A DNA stretch of 64,000 bases, from positions 100,998,001 through 101,062,000 of the forward strand of contig OZ024745.1 in NCBI GenBank assembly GCA_964016885.1, written 5' to 3'. Within the stretch, counting starts at the first letter, position 1. Every line of letters starts with the position of its first letter. A program made the position numbers and the translations under genes. This document shows positions 40,871-55,784 of this stretch, one piece after another. The notes beneath the pieces were generated by a model. The model was given only the letters and a program-made list of their open reading frames with translations, made no database searches and had not been told where the DNA came from. This DNA is from Eledone cirrhosa (taxonomy: Eukaryota).

Positions 40871-41007
40871 AGAAGGCGCGTGGCTGAGTGGTTAGAGAAT
40901 TGTATTTGCAATTGTAAGGTTGTGGTTTCTATTCTTAGGCCGGGCGATGCGTTATGCCCTTGAGCAAGACACTTTGTTTTTTCTGTCTGGACTTGGGACT
41001 GACAGAT

Positions 41008-41199
41008 AATAATTGTTTCTACTTTTGGCACAAGGCCAGCAATTTACTCAGTGGATTACTGGTACTTTATTTTATCGACCCCGTAAGGATGAAAGGCAAA
41101 GTTAACCTCGGCGGGATTTGAACTCAGAATGGCAAGGGCTGTAACTCTATTCGTCAAAGCATGATGTCCGACCCTCTACCGATACTGCCAATCCACCAC
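41008..41199 (-). mobile_element. tRNA-derived SINE with ~17-bp TSD
   Basis: GACTGACAGATAATAAT at ~40997 and ~41202. Confidence 0.9.
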
Positions 41200-42403
41200 A
41201 TGACTGACAGATAATAATAGCAATTGGAAAGACCAATGGGAACATTGTTTCCTTGGTCCGGTTTGACGATCTCTACCCCACTCGTTAAACAAATGAGGTC
41301 TGGGATCTTGTCGCTCGACTCTTATATCCAGAGAATAACCTCTGGGACCTATTGGTATAAATTCATTCATAGACACATTCTATATTTAAACAACTGTTTT
41401 GCTTGTTTTGTTTTGTTTTTTTGTTGTTTTTTTTTCATCACACTTCAGCTGACAGTTGAGATGCGATACTTCCTCTGTCACAAACGAACTCTCGATCTTA
41501 TTTTATCAAATAGATTTCCCGTGAAAACAACATAGATGATATACGAGTTCTTTGTATTAGTCTATGAACATATATTCTTTGTTCTTTTAATATTACTTAT
41601 ACACCGAATGATTGTCAGAATTAAAGTTGCTAATAGGTCTAATACTTTTGCATATTGATACAAGTTCGAATAAAATAAACATGACTTTGCACTCTCAGTA
41701 AATTAGCCTAAATCATACATTTGGCATTTACGTATAATTTCCATAAAGCTGCAGATTTGAAAAAATATTTCTAATCTCAATTCTTTCAGTTCGATATGTT
41801 ATTTTATTTTATTTTATTTTTTTTTTTTTTTTAATTTTATTTTCCGTTCTTTTTCATTCTAGTATATTTCTCCCACTGTGTAGAGAAAAAGTTATATCTT
41901 CAGATCATTTATTTAATAGAATATATAGAGTTTTTTTTTTTTATCTATTTTCTATTTTGTTTCAGAGAAATTTTAAGTGCGAATACTTGCATCACTACTT
42001 TCGTATGAAATTGCGACGGAAAAAGAGTAAAGAATTTAACTGATTTTTCAATGACTTTTAATCATGTTATTTCAGAAACATTTCTCCTTTCTCAAAACAA
42101 ACTAAGACCCAATGTCAACAAAATAAAGAAATAAAAATACAGTAAAATACGAGAAGGAAAGAAAATCAACTGAAGACATTTATACTTATAAAAGTAAAAA
42201 TAAATGTGCCTGGATCAGTAAAATAAATAAATAATGAAGAAATAAAAACTCTGAGAAAGCAATTTGTAACCACATTCAATGAAATATACTTAGAAAATAT
42301 TCATGTATTTACGCACGCCACATCTAGCTAGTCATTTAAAGATACATATATATATATATATATATATGTGTGTATGTATGTGTGTGTGTGTGTGTGTGCG
42401 TGT

Positions 42404-42505
42404 GTAGTTGTCTCAGTGGACTAGTGGTAGGTACTGGAGACGGTGGATATCCTGGCCTTGGGTTCAATCCTGGTCAAGAGATATATGTAATATTTTTCAG
42501 TTTTC
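42404..42505 (+). mobile_element. tRNA-like Pol III head, same family as 34666-34765
   Basis: TGGACTAGTGGT A-box, GGTTCAATCC B-box, T-run terminator. No convincing cloverleaf. Confidence 0.55.
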
Positions 42506-42784
42506 AAGGGCGGTACTCCAGCATGGCCTCAGCCGGATGACTGGAACAGGTAAAAGAGTAAAAAAATATATGTATATTATTTATTTCACGTTGCTCCTTC
42601 TAACAGGAGTTGCGACCGAGAGAGAGTATTAGCAACTGGAAAGACCAATGGAAACATTGTTTCATCGGTCCGATTTGACGAAAGTCGATCGAATATCGGT
42701 ATGTGTGTGTGTGTGTGTGTGTGAGTGTGTGTGTGTGTGTGTGTATCTGTGTGTGTGTGTGTGTGTGTGTGTACATACACACAC

Positions 42785-43050
42785 CTAGAAAGTTCCCATG
42801 CGAGCTAGGTTGTTTGTGGAAGACCAACAGTCAGCCATGCATACCAGTTTCCCCTCTCCCCGCCACCGATATTGTCCAAGGGAAAGGCAAAGACCGATAC
42901 AGCATTACACTAATGACGTCGCAACTCATTTCTACAGCTGAGTGAACTGGAGCAACGGGAAATAAAATGTTTTGCTCAGCGCAAAGCCCGGTCCGAGAAT
43001 CGAACTCACAACTTCACGATTGTAAGCCAGGCGCTCTAACCACTAAGCCC
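42785..43050 (-). mobile_element. Second tRNA-derived SINE family (head also at 40875-40980)
   Basis: rc GGCTTAGTGGTTAGAGCG..GAGTTCGATTC..TGAGCAAAACA..GCTGTAGAAATGAG. Confidence 0.8.
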
Positions 43051-43070
43051 TATATATATATATAATATAA

Positions 43071-43118
<48 letters not shown>

Positions 43119-43185
43119 GGTAAACATAAATAACAACACAATCGGTACAGTATATGGAAGGAACATCTACACGCACACAATGTAA

Positions 43186-43335
43186 ATAATTGTTTCTACT
43201 TTTGGCACAAGGCCAGCAAATTACCCAGTACATTACTGGTACTTTATTTTATCGACCTCGTAAGGATGAAAGGCAAAGTTAACCTTGGCGGGATTTGAAC
43301 TCAGATCGTAAAGGGACATAACTATGCTAAAAGCG
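43186..43335 (-). mobile_element. tRNA-derived SINE, 5'-truncated
   Basis: Family core and tail. Confidence 0.85.
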
Positions 43336-43954
43336 TGTTTAATTTTTCAAACATAATAACTAACGATCGTTTCATCCTATCACACGGCAGATTCCATCGG
43401 AGTCATTACACAAGTTAAAGACAAATATCAGATCAAAACTTTATTACAAGAACATTTGGAGGATACATAATATGTGAGGTTAGATAAGCGCAGGCATAAA
43501 TATTTATATAAGGTAACTGAGGCGGAAAACATGAAAAATAGGAGCAGATAAAATGCAATAAAATAAAGTAAGATAATATAAAATAAAATAAAATACATAC
43601 GGTTACATATAAATGAAGTACAGTAAAAATCATATATCATATACAGTTGGGTACAAAATTGATGCTGAAAATATTAGTAATAGGAGACAGAACAAACATG
43701 TATTTTAAAAAAAAGCTTAAGGATTTAAGCATTTAAAAAAATATTAGAAATGTTAGATGCACGTGTAGCATAGTAAGGGATTAAAGATAGGTGCAAGATT
43801 ATAAGTTCGATCACACAATTTAGCCATAATAACAATTTTTCAAAACGTCGAGCTGTATTCATACTTGTAACTGGGTAATATTTAATATTACTCACTATAT
43901 ATATATATATATATATATTTAAAAAATAGAGGTGTGACACACGAGTTGTGATAT

Positions 43955-44135
43955 ACTAGTAAAAAGGAAAAGAAAATGCTGACAAATTTTTCCGAGTGAA
44001 AAATAGTTTAATTAGGAATAAGTATAAATTAGTAATAAGTATTAGTTAGTAAACTGAATATTAACTAATACTTATTACTAATTTATACTTATTCCTAATT
44101 AAACTATTTTTCACACCATTTTCTTTTCCTTTTTA

Positions 44136-44140
<5 letters not shown>
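43955..44140. repeat. Fold-back segment adjoining (TA)n
   Basis: GTGAAAAATAGTTTAATTAGGAATAAG.. is inverted as ..CTTATTCCTAATTAAACTATTTTTCAC. Confidence 0.8.
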
Positions 44141-44173
<33 letters not shown>

Positions 44174-44299
44174 CACACACACACACACAGACATTTATAT
44201 CCGTGTGTGTTGACGGCTGACAGAAAAGAGTATCCAATACTGAAGCAGAGTTTTAATATTCATTTTATTTAGCCTTACGAAAATGAACACACACACAAG

Positions 44300-44396
<97 letters not shown>

Positions 44397-44397
44397 G

Positions 44398-45150
44398 TGT
44401 CTGATGGTAGCTAAGATGCTTCCATAGGCGGTATGCCGGTTGAGCATTCTATGTTCTTACAGAGCAGAGTATGATATAATATAAAACAAAAAATCAGTGA
44501 TGCATCTGAACTCAATTTATTGTGTGTTACAATTGTTTCGCCGGCGGACATAGATCCCACCAGGTCCGTCACCTGCGCAGAGTCGCTCGACCCCATAGTA
44601 ATATCGAAACTGTCGGGTCTGTCCCTCCTATCCCATAACTTGTCTTCAAAGCTAATTAGCGTCTTTCTTGCTGCTATTCTGAAGCTTGCCTCCTTCCTAG
44701 TGAGGTTGGACTTGGCCATGGCGCTAATGAGGGCCTTGTTCACTATTACAGGTGATACTGACGCGTAGTAATTCGCTATGTCTAATTGAATAAAATTTAC
44801 CTGCTGTTTGCTATCTATTAACGAGAACCAGTCAATTACCTCTTTGGTGGAGGTCCATAAGCTAACCCTAGTTTTGTTCCTAAGTACCGGTAGTGTTCTG
44901 TCTATGATATTCTTGCTGGTCCTACCTATGTCTGATTTGGAGGGTGCTATTAGCCTAACAGGTAGATTAGTTCTAAAGTCTAATTTATGATCCTTAATGG
45001 ATATCCGAGGTTTTCTAGGTACATATTGTTCTGTCTTATCATCTATTCCTAGCCTGGTCATTATTTTTTTGGTGGTGGCGCTAATGTTATCTAAGTTGTC
45101 CTGTCCTGTGGTCCTGTAATTTCTGTGGCTTTGCGCAAAGATTCTATGTG
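44398..45150 (-). mobile_element. Naiad-type Penelope-like RT fragment fused to pLTR (internal deletion)
   Basis: ISIKDHK.DF..RLIAPSKSDIGRTSK..WTSTKEVIDWF..FIQLDIANYY..FDITMGSSDSAQVTDLVG. 44480-44550 is the reverse complement of 46917-46990. Confidence 0.85.
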
Positions 45151-45300
45151 GTTTGATCCATGTTCGCAACGTAACAACATCTCTGTAGACACATACAACT
45201 GGGCGCACTCTCTCATGTATTGCTCACTGTGTATCTCTATGTGACGTTATATGTATATTTTTAATATATTTTATATTTCTTTTATATATGTGTATATATG

Positions 45301-45399
<99 letters not shown>

Positions 45400-45689
45400 A
45401 TGTATGTGTATATATGTATGTAGATGGTTATATTGTTTATATATGTGCATGTTTATAACAGATGCATCCTTTCATGCATGACCCATTGAGTAACTTTATA
45501 TGACTTTGTATGTATATCCTATTTGTGTATATATATATGTATGTATCTTTGTATGCGTGCGTGAGCCTGTATGTGAATATGCGCATATTTGTAAGAGTGT
45601 ATATGAGCCAGTGTGTGTGTGTGTGTGTGTGTGTACAAGCACCCACTGTAGGGAAAGGGCTTGTTTGTGTGTGTATATATATATATATG

Positions 45690-46300
45690 TCAGGTCACCA
45701 CTTGGTGCTACTGGTAACATGTATCCCAGTACAACCTGTCCCATGGTCGGGTCGTTGGCGACTAAACTGGCAACCCCACCAAGGTTTCTTGGTGAGGAGG
45801 GTGACTTTGGACATCCTGCAGGACTAAAAACAAAACCTGTCAAAGGGCAAAGGAGCTCTTAAGAGTCGATGGCCATCCAAAATCACCGGGAGAGATGACC
45901 CCTTAGCCTTTGTCAAGGCAGAATTCTAGGAGAAGGAAAACTCTGATATAACACCTGCAACCCTGATGGTATCCAATGATGTTGACTTGTTCTTCTTTTT
46001 GGTAAATATCATCTTGGTTAAGAGAATGGGACTGGCTTTGTGCAGTGCCTTTGCTCACTATAAAAGCTTCACGGCACAGGCATTGCTTTATATCTGGAGA
46101 TCTCTCTGCACTTGTCGTCACATGGTACCATGGGCCCAGCACTATGTGTCAATAATTGTCACAAGTGTAGTGTTTGTACCAGAGTTTTCAAGTCGCTGGC
46201 TGGACTAAAAAGTCACACTCGTTCAGCGCATCGGTAGGGGTTCTTCTACATGGATATAAAGTAGTGGCCGTACTCGAAAACGAGTTGGCAGCCACCATGT
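45690..46300. mobile_element. RTE-like 5' UTR fragment plus possible antisense LINE remnant
   Basis: AAACTGGCAACCCCACC..CTAGGAGAAGGAAAACTCTGA resembles RTE 5' UTRs. The downstream part is only weakly RT-like. Confidence 0.4.
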
Positions 46301-46669
46301 ATATATATATGTTTGCGAGCGAGTGTGTATCTGTGCCTGTATATATGGACACGTGTGTGTATGTGTGTGTGCATGGGGGAAAATGGAAAAAAGGGGGTGG
46401 GGGTCTATGTATATGTCTGTACGTGTTTGTGTATACGGGTATATGTATGCGTATGCATGTGTGTGCGCCTGTGTGTGTGTATGTGTGTATGTGTGTGTGT
46501 GTTGATGTATATGGGCATGTAGGCAGGCGTCTGTGTATGCGTATGTTTATAGGTTTATGTTTTCATTAAATGTGTGTGTATAGCGGGAGTCTATGCGTAC
46601 GACTGTCGTTATCTATGTGATTGTGTGTGTGTGTATGTGTGTGTGAGTGCGCGCGTGGAAGTGAGAACT

Positions 46670-46995
46670 ATGAAACCAAGCAGTAATTCATCGAAGTGTG
46701 GCAGACACGGGACAGCTATGGTCAGCCGAGCGATACCTGTTGGTCAGAATTATGATGACGTAGACAAATAGCGGCTAATAACAGGACGCGCGAAGAGGAT
46801 GAAGTTTTTGACGCTAACACCCCAGTGAAAGAATTTCCTCCGAAATCATTAGACGTGTCCATCGAACCTGCAGATCCAGAATCAGACAGATCCACACAAT
46901 GACCGTGTCTCGAGCTGTCCGCCGGCGAAACAATTGTAACACACAATAAATTGAGTTCAGATGCATCACTGATTTTTCGTTTTATATTATATTTA
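46670..46995 (+). mobile_element. Naiad-type 3' end with damaged hammerhead (family F, 46905-46943)
   Basis: SKCGRH resembles the terminal CRH motif. GTGT CT[--]CGA GCT-GTCCGCC-GGC GAAA CAATT GTA ACAC, then AATAAA. Confidence 0.65.
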
Positions 46996-47127
46996 TATTT
47001 ATATATATATATATATATATATATCATTAAGGTTAACTTTGCCTTTCATCCTCACGGGGTCGATAAAATAAAGTACCAGTAATGTACTCGGTATTTGCTG
47101 GCCTTGTGCCTAAGGTAGAAACAGTTA

Positions 47128-47513
47128 TCTATAAAAGGCAGATTGTTGTTTTTGTTGTTGTGTGTGTGTGTGTGTGTGTGTGCATGTTACATGTTTATAC
47201 ATTTGCACAATTTCAAACCGATTCGACTCTGTATGAATGTTGTAATTCGAGTCTGTATGAATGTTGTAATGGTCTAACTTAGGTCAACGACTATTTATTT
47301 TTTTTCAAAGTCACCCACAATTACGGAAATAATCGATAAAACTAAATACATGACGCTTTACACCTAATACAATCTGATTTCCTCTCTCTACTCCCCTTAA
47401 AATTCGATAAAACTACATACATGCTGCAACTTTCTCTTATATACGCTTAAACCCACTCCTTACAAACTTCCTTTAGGAACTCGGAAGAAAGAAGAGAGAA
47501 AGAAATGAAGGAG

Positions 47514-47603
<90 letters not shown>

Positions 47604-48277
47604 CGTTTATTTTTGAGTGTGGAACGGTCAGACAACGAAGATAAATTATTACATTTCATACCAAACAACAATTATTCAAAAGCAACAGATACATTTATTC
47701 AACAACAACAAAGATAGCGATAAATCTTTTTTAAAACGTCTCTCAACGAACGTGGAAGAAAGAAGTATCAGTTTATTTACTATACACAATAACATCCTCT
47801 ATGAGGTCACTAAACCAGCTAGAAACAGCAGCTAACTCTCCCCCATATCATACCCCTCCCTACTGTCTTAAATGTAGAAAACACATATCCTCTATGAGGT
47901 CACTAAACCTGCTAGAAACAGCAACTAACTCTCCCCCATATCACACCCCTCCCTACTGTCTTAAATTTAGAAAACACACATTAGACAACCATTCAGAACA
48001 ACTCCATCGCAGCTCTGTTGTTCGGCTGGCATCGTCTACGCGCGTGTTGCTCAAGTACTGTGAAACAATAAATTTCAACACTTCTTTGCACAGAGATAAT
48101 ATCCATAGGCGAAACTACAATTGTCACTGCTGGCGCAGCTCCTCCTTCAGCAGTCCAGGTCTGCAATTCATTCACCCAGTGCCTGGCAGACAAAAAAGTG
48201 CTGCCATAAAATGGGTGCTGCAACCACCTAACTTTGGTAACTTACTGACCCCGAGCAACGCCGGGCTTTAATGCTAG
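47128..48277 (+). mobile_element. Non-autonomous Helitron inserted at the tail of a partial SINE (47029-47127)
   Basis: A|TCTATAAAAGGC ... CCCGAGCAACGCCGGG-CTTTAATG-CTAG|T. Internal ~93-bp tandem duplication at 47794-47980. Confidence 0.75.
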
Positions 48278-48372
<95 letters not shown>

Positions 48373-48621
48373 ATAATAATAAAATGTGAAGCCTAAAATC
48401 CGAAGAGGGCTCGATAAGGATTATATATATATAAACATATATAAAACCGTAGAGCAATATTTATTAAAATAACAGATTAAAGTTTAAGCAAAGAACCGCT
48501 GCTTTGACCCTTAACGAACGGGATGTATATATATATAACAAAGGAATTGTGGTAAGGAACCAGATGGACCATAACGCACCGTCGAAACGGCTTGAGCTCT
48601 GCCGTCGGGGTCATACTTCTT

Positions 48622-48685
<64 letters not shown>

Positions 48686-49775
48686 ACATACATGCACCAC
48701 AGACTTCTGTATAGTTTCCATCTACCAAATTTCACTCAAAATGCATAGTAGAAGACACTTGCCTAGGGTACTATGCAGTGAGACTGAATCCGAAACCACG
48801 TATTTGTGAAGCCAATCCCTTAATCGTACAGCCGTATCTTATATATATGTATATATATGGGTGTTTCATTGATCCATGTCTATTAGAAATCTATTAAGCA
48901 ATTTCTTCAATTATTTGTACTTCAACTAAGTACAGTGGTCATATGCACGCTACGAAACGTGTAAGGGGTGGTACATCGAAATTGTAAGATCATGTTAATC
49001 AGAGCCCTATGTAAAGATCTGTATATGCTGTTTCCCTAGCAAACACATAGTTATGAAGATAATTAAAATAAGGTAAGCTCAAATTAACCAAAGCTATTTT
49101 AATCCTGTGTGTGTATGTGTGCGTGCGTGCGGGCATGTGTGTATCAGTAATTCCTTTATTAAATGAACCAAACAGGTGATCCTCAACACTAACTTAATCA
49201 AAAAGTGTTGGCTCGATCTTCTAAAAATATAAACTTTACTTTATCATCTCAAAAAAGTGAAGAACGCATTGTATAATGGAGACTTTATAACTTAAATAGT
49301 GGAAAAAAAAAACAAAAACAAAACCCAAAACAATGGCTAAGGTAGCACATTTCGTCATGTCTGTTCAATCAGAAATGACAACTGATAGAATTAGTACCAC
49401 TCATGGTACAGTGCACCCTGTTACTTAACACCTCGAGGAACCCTAATAAGCTCCGACCTGATGAGCTCTAATCTGACTTTAACTTTTAAGATTTGTTGTT
49501 TTCTTCTTTTAAAAATTACAATTTATCAATTTATCAAATGTAGGTTAAACTAGCATCTGTATAAATAATCTTTCAACAAAAATAGCTTGTTTAAAGAAAT
49601 CTATACTGATGATGGATAAAGTCTTGAAATACATATATACAGTTGTCTTACACGGTTAACCGTGATATATCACACTCAAAATATTCACAGTGAGAATATA
49701 TGTTTGTTATACATACCATAATGTATGTGAAGCCATATGCGCCTTTATTTTAATATTATTCCTTAATTTAGGGCG

Positions 49776-50404
49776 GTGGATTGGCAGTACCGAAGGAGAG
49801 TCGGACAACATGCTTTGTGACATAGAATTACGCCTCTTTACGGTCTGAGTACAAATCCTGCCAAGGTTAACTTTGCCTTTCATCCTTACGGGGTCGATAA
49901 AATAAAGTACCAGTAATGCATCGATTTAATCGACTTTCCATTCCCCAAAGTTGTTGGCCTTGTGTCTAAATCAGAAACCAATATTATACCTTAAATTTGT
50001 TGGCAGAATTGGTAGGACCCTAGATAAAATGCTACTGAGGAATTTGTTTTGGCTCTTTACATTCTGAGTTCAAATCCTGATGAGGCCAGCTTTGCCCCTC
50101 ATCTTTCCGGAGTCGATGAAATAAACTACCAGAAAAGTTCCTGGTTGGATTTAATGAGTTTCCTCTTCCCTAAAATTTATTGGCCTTATACTTAAATTAG
50201 AAATCAATATTATATCTTAATATATATTTTGCACCTGAACTTCTACCCTTCTTTAGACGCCGCCAGTACAGTTCTACGCCAGCTTGCCTCCCACTACCAC
50301 CTCTCACAGCTTCATTCTATAATTTCAACCTGTACTCGTTATCCCGCCGAGGTTGATGCACTGGGTAATTGCTGGCCTTGTGCCTAAAGTAGAAACAATT
50401 ATTA
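49776..50404 (+). mobile_element. SINE cluster (49776-49985, 50000-50210, 50341-50404)
   Basis: Family A/B boxes, core and tails. Confidence 0.8.
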
Positions 50405-50594
50405 GTAAATCTTCATATAATTACTTCCTTAATTCTTACGAATAACGTATTAAATTTAACCATTTTCAATTCCTGTGTGATTTTATTCTAATTTCCAAAT
50501 TTATCTCAATAAAAAGTATGTAGTGAATATAACGATCAATTTGAAAGTATTTCCGATTTCAATATATATACTCTACTTAATATTTCCCGACCCT

Positions 50595-50930
50595 AATGCG
50601 TCACGCGACGTGTTGCGACGCGTTCTCCGCCCCCAACCTTGTCGCTTTGGTCGCAAACCCGGGCACCACCGCCTGCAACACAGAGGAGAGGAAGATAACT
50701 AAATACTGGGGCTTTACTGACCACTTCCTGTTTCGTACCAGTCGCCACGAGACCATTTGATGTCCTCGGTCGTCGTACCCCTGATTTCCCCCCGGTAAAT
50801 CGCAAAGACAGCATCCCGCTTGAGGTGGAGGGGCTGTTGCAGCGGATGTCAATAGCCATACCTTTACCATTTTATCCCCGGGGCGCGGATAAATCACCGC
50901 TCAGACTGGGGTAGTGTGCAGCCTGTCACA
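50595..50930 (+). mobile_element. CRE-clade RLE fragment
   Basis: Plus frame HATCCDAFSAPNLVALVANPGTTACNTEERKITKYWGFTDHFLF..HET parallels VATCTDIFC..TDPGCAARRAEGAKLLKY in 24369-24791. Confidence 0.75.
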
Positions 50931-51048
50931 CCCTTCCCTCTTCTTTTCTTTCGTTGCTTAATATTTTTTTTTCTTACTCTTATCTTTATTTTCCTCTTTT
51001 TTGTGTTTTTGGTGTGTGTGTGTATGTGTATGCGTGTGTGTATATATG

Positions 51049-51094
<46 letters not shown>

Positions 51095-51096
51095 TA

Positions 51097-51131
<35 letters not shown>

Positions 51132-52391
51132 GTGTGTGTGTGTGTATATATATATATGTGTGTGTGTATTTACTACTCGATATTATGTATTGCTATAACT
51201 ATCTAATCCCAACCATTTTATATCCCCCCCCCCCTTCAAAAAAGTGTGTTGTTAGTTTACTGAACGTCAGCCCAGCTCAAGTCCTATATATGTCGAGATA
51301 CATAATCACTTCACTTCCTATTTACTTTATCCCCTTTAATTTCACTTTTCAATCATCTGTTTATTAGTATTAATTATGTATTTAAATCCGTTTTTCCTTT
51401 TTATGTTGTTTTATTTAGATTCTTTTTAATTATATTTTCTTTATTTATATTAATACTTTATTAATCTAATATAAATATTACGCCATGTGTATATATTTTT
51501 TGGTCTGTAACTTGTTGGCGTCATTGCGTCTTACCCGTTATACACACATATACATACATACGTCCATAAATATATACATACATGCATGTATACGTACATA
51601 TATGAATACATACCTACATACAAATATATATATACACGCACATACATATATATATACGCATACACATAGACACAAATATATACGTATTCACGTAAATATA
51701 TACATACAAGCAAGCACATACATATATATACACACAAATACATATACGTATATATGTATATGCACACGCACAAACATATACGTATACACACACACACATG
51801 TATACATATACACACACCGGCACACACACGCGCATACACACAGACACACAGACACACACACTTGTATTCATAGAAATTTGGGACTTGACTCCTTCCTCCT
51901 CATTTTTCGTTGCTTCACCATTTTTGTTTGTTTACACTCGTGTCCCCTTTATTTAACGACTTTTTTTAGCCGTTGCTCGCACCAACAGGAGGTATATGGT
52001 CTTTAAAGCGATGAAATACCAATGATGGTTGGAAGATCACTGATGAAGGACTAACTTTATTTATATATATATATTTATATATATATATATACAAGAGGAA
52101 GAAAAACAAGTAAAGTTCTCATTCCACCCAACCTTTCAGCAAGAAGAATGGAAGAAAATTCATCCAAACATTTTATTTTGATTTTAATTTTAAACCCTTC
52201 GTTTTTAACTCCTATCAACTCTTTTTAATTTTTTACACTCAACATTTGATAAGATGGATTTTAATAACACATCGAAACCGGTAATTCCTCATATACTTTA
52301 TATACATTATAAACAATTTATATACATTATAAACAATTTGTTATACATTATAAACAATTTTTTTAAAAAGAATTGTCCCTCTCATTTGTTT

Positions 52392-52575
52392 AATAATTGT
52401 TTATATTTTTTGGCACAAGGCCAGCAATTACCCAGTGCATTACTGGTACTTTATTTTATCGACCCCGTAAGGATGAAAGGCAAAGTTAAGCTCGGCGGGA
52501 TTCGAACTCAGAATGGCAAGGGCCGTAACACTATGCGTCAAAGCATGGCGTCCGACCCTCTATCGATATTGCCAA
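52392..52575 (-). mobile_element. tRNA-derived SINE
   Basis: Family match. Confidence 0.85.
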
Positions 52576-52732
52576 TAATGTTATCTTTTCAATAATGTCA
52601 CTTTGACGAATCAAAAAAGAAAAACAGACCCTTAAATATATCTCCCGTGCTATTTCCAACTTCACCTTTTCTCTATATCCACTGTTTTGTATAGAATCCT
52701 TACTTCCCTTTTCTTATATATATATATATATA

Positions 52733-55700
52733 CGATATTAACAAATGGAAACTATATTTATAAAACCATTTTTATTTCATTATACATATTTCAAGGACAC
52801 CAAGTTAAAATATGGTGTGCTTTCATCAGATAAAATATAATATAGATCAGTTTTATAAATAAATATTGACATACCCTTAAAGAATGCAACCATTACTGTT
52901 GGAAGCTCCCGGATAGTGGGGTTGTAGCTTTAATTATATTATTAGGTAAGTTAGTATTGGATATTTTTTTTAATAAGCCGTTGTGTTACGGAGAAATAGA
53001 AAGAGAGAGAAGGAAAAAGAGAGAAAGAGCAGAACAACACAGAGAGAAAGATAGAGAGAGATATGAGAAACTCTAAGTCATATCTTGTTGAGTTATCTTA
53101 ACAATTGAGATGAAATGAATAAATAAAATTAGAAATGTTAATAAGCATGAATGGAATATACATATATAATATGAGAAATTTAACCATTGTTTAAATATGA
53201 TTAGATGTTTAGTTAATCAGTTAAATATTGAGATCAATAGATTAAAAATTGGGATCTATATATTAAGAAATCTATATATTATTATTAAGACTATATTGTT
53301 AAAGATCTATATATATTATATAACACGTATACACACGCAAAAATACATACATATAAATATATATACACACTTATAAAAATATATATACATATCTAACTAC
53401 GTATATAATATATACATACAAAATATAAAGGATTCTTTAATTTAAGATATAGGAGTCTTATAAAATCAGAGAAGGAAAATTACGTTATATAGTTATATCG
53501 ATGTTACAATTGTTAAGATATTAAAGGAAATTTTGTTATACATACTTTATGTTATTAAACAAAATGTTTTTTATATAAGTTTTATAAGATTACCTGTTAT
53601 GTATTTATGGCTGTTATTATATGTCTATTTGTCACGAATCTTGGGATAATCACTATACATAAGTGCAATCGAATTATATGGATATACACGTACATATACG
53701 TACACAATTCCCACATATACATACATATATGTGCCCACACAAATAGGTAGATACGCATCACGTATATATATACATACAGATAGACATACACGCATAAAAC
53801 ATATGTACATGTATATCAATACACACATATACATATATATACACACATATAGAGAGAGAAGTATATATAAATACAGTACATAGTATAATTGAAGTACATA
53901 AAATACAAAAGAATTATATTATGATTTGGAAATATTATAGAATATTTCAAGTTATAATTTCAAAATAATAGTATGTTTAATAGATTTAGTATAGAAATTT
54001 TCTACGTATATTTAACTTAATTTTATATCCATAAGAGAAATAAACAGAAACTTTCAAAGGATAAACTTTCGAAAATAGGAGAAACTATCAAACAATAAAC
54101 AAATAAAAAATATAAAAAAAATATAAAAATATTTTCTCCTTTCAAGAGCTTTCAGTATATTTCTCTAGAATAGTTTATTATATTTATTTATATTTAGGAA
54201 GAAAAGTTATTTTTACTTGAGTGTATAAACAGTCAAAAAAATGAAGGAATCTAATGATTTATCGACAGGTTCAATATATTAATAGAATTAATTAATTAAT
54301 TATATATTACATTTTAAATTTATATTTAAACGTTGAGTTTAATCTATGTCTACAGCAACTGAATAAATTATTCCTTAGGTTCAGGGAATTTTTGGTCTTT
54401 AATATAAAGAATATTTCCTCTATACAAAGATCGCAATTTTCTGAAGAGGAGTTAAAAGGAGTAGCTTTTGAAATAATATTCCAAATCAACGAATATTCAA
54501 CGTTCTTTAGTTTGAGGTCCCATAATAGGCTAGATAGAGAAGTTGAAGATTTTTTGTTTGGATCTGTAAAAGAATTTTTATGATTATTGAAGCGGGATTT
54601 AAACTCTGTGGAAGTGGATCCCACATAATTAAATGAATTTAAATTAGTTTTTACATTACAATTATATACTATATTTTTAGCTAAGCAATTGTTATTTAAC
54701 GGACAGTTAGATTTATTTCTACAGTTACATTTATCAAATTGGATATTGCTTGGGTTATTAGTGGTATTTTGGTTAGGTTTTAAATTTCTATTATTAATTC
54801 TATTAATATTTTGCGCTAAATTTTTGTGGAAGAATAAGTTAATTTTATAGTATGTCTATTAAAAATTGAGTAATATCTATGTGTTCTAGGGAACATTTGT
54901 CAAGTGCTTTAAAAAATAGTTTAGCAATAGGGCTTTTAATATTTAATGAGAAAGGAGGAGCGAACCATAATATGTTCCTAGTTCTATTTCTTTTTCCACT
55001 TTCGGAATTATTGTAAGGTTTTCTATTATAGTTGTTAAAATTGTTAAAATAGTTAAAATTGTTACGATTATGGTTAGTTGTTATATTATTATTATTATTA
55101 TCAAAGTATTTAATTTTATTTCTATACCCAGCTCTACCTAACGCTTCGTTGTAATAATGTGCTTTTTCATCAAATATATTCTTATTAGCTGAAATTCTCG
55201 AAATTCGTTCCTGTACAGAGTTCACTATAGTATTTTTAACGGATCTGGGGTGATTAGAGTTAACATTGACGTAGTTTAAGTTCTCATTTAGTTTGTGAAA
55301 TGGATAATGAAAACATGTGTTAAGATTTAGTGTTACATCTAGAAAGTTAACTATTTTATGGTTATTCTCTATTTCTACTTTTAGATTAAGGTAATTAAAA
55401 AAAATGTATACTTTGTTTTCTTTTTCTATTTAGTTCACAGTTATTATTTTCTATAAGTAAAAGCATGTCGTCACGATATAAACCTCCGGTTATCTCAGGT
55501 ATTTTCCTATGTAGAGAATTATTTATAAAGAGGCCCACAAGATCCGTTACCTGAGCGGAATCGGATGATCCCATAGTTATATCGAAGTTATTATTTCTAT
55601 CTGACCTAGTCCAGAGTTGGTTATTAAATTCTATTAATGTTGTCCGTGCCGATAATATAATGTGCATTTCATTGCTAGTAATGTTTAAATGCGTAAGTTA

Positions 55701-55784
55701 GTGCTTTATTCAGTAGATTAGGAGTGATAGATGAGTAATAGTTAGCAATATCCAACTGAATAAACGTATTATTATAGTTATATT

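Noticed and set aside
42985-43050. Functional tRNA gene
   Set aside because: Lacks an intact acceptor stem and runs directly into a SINE body.
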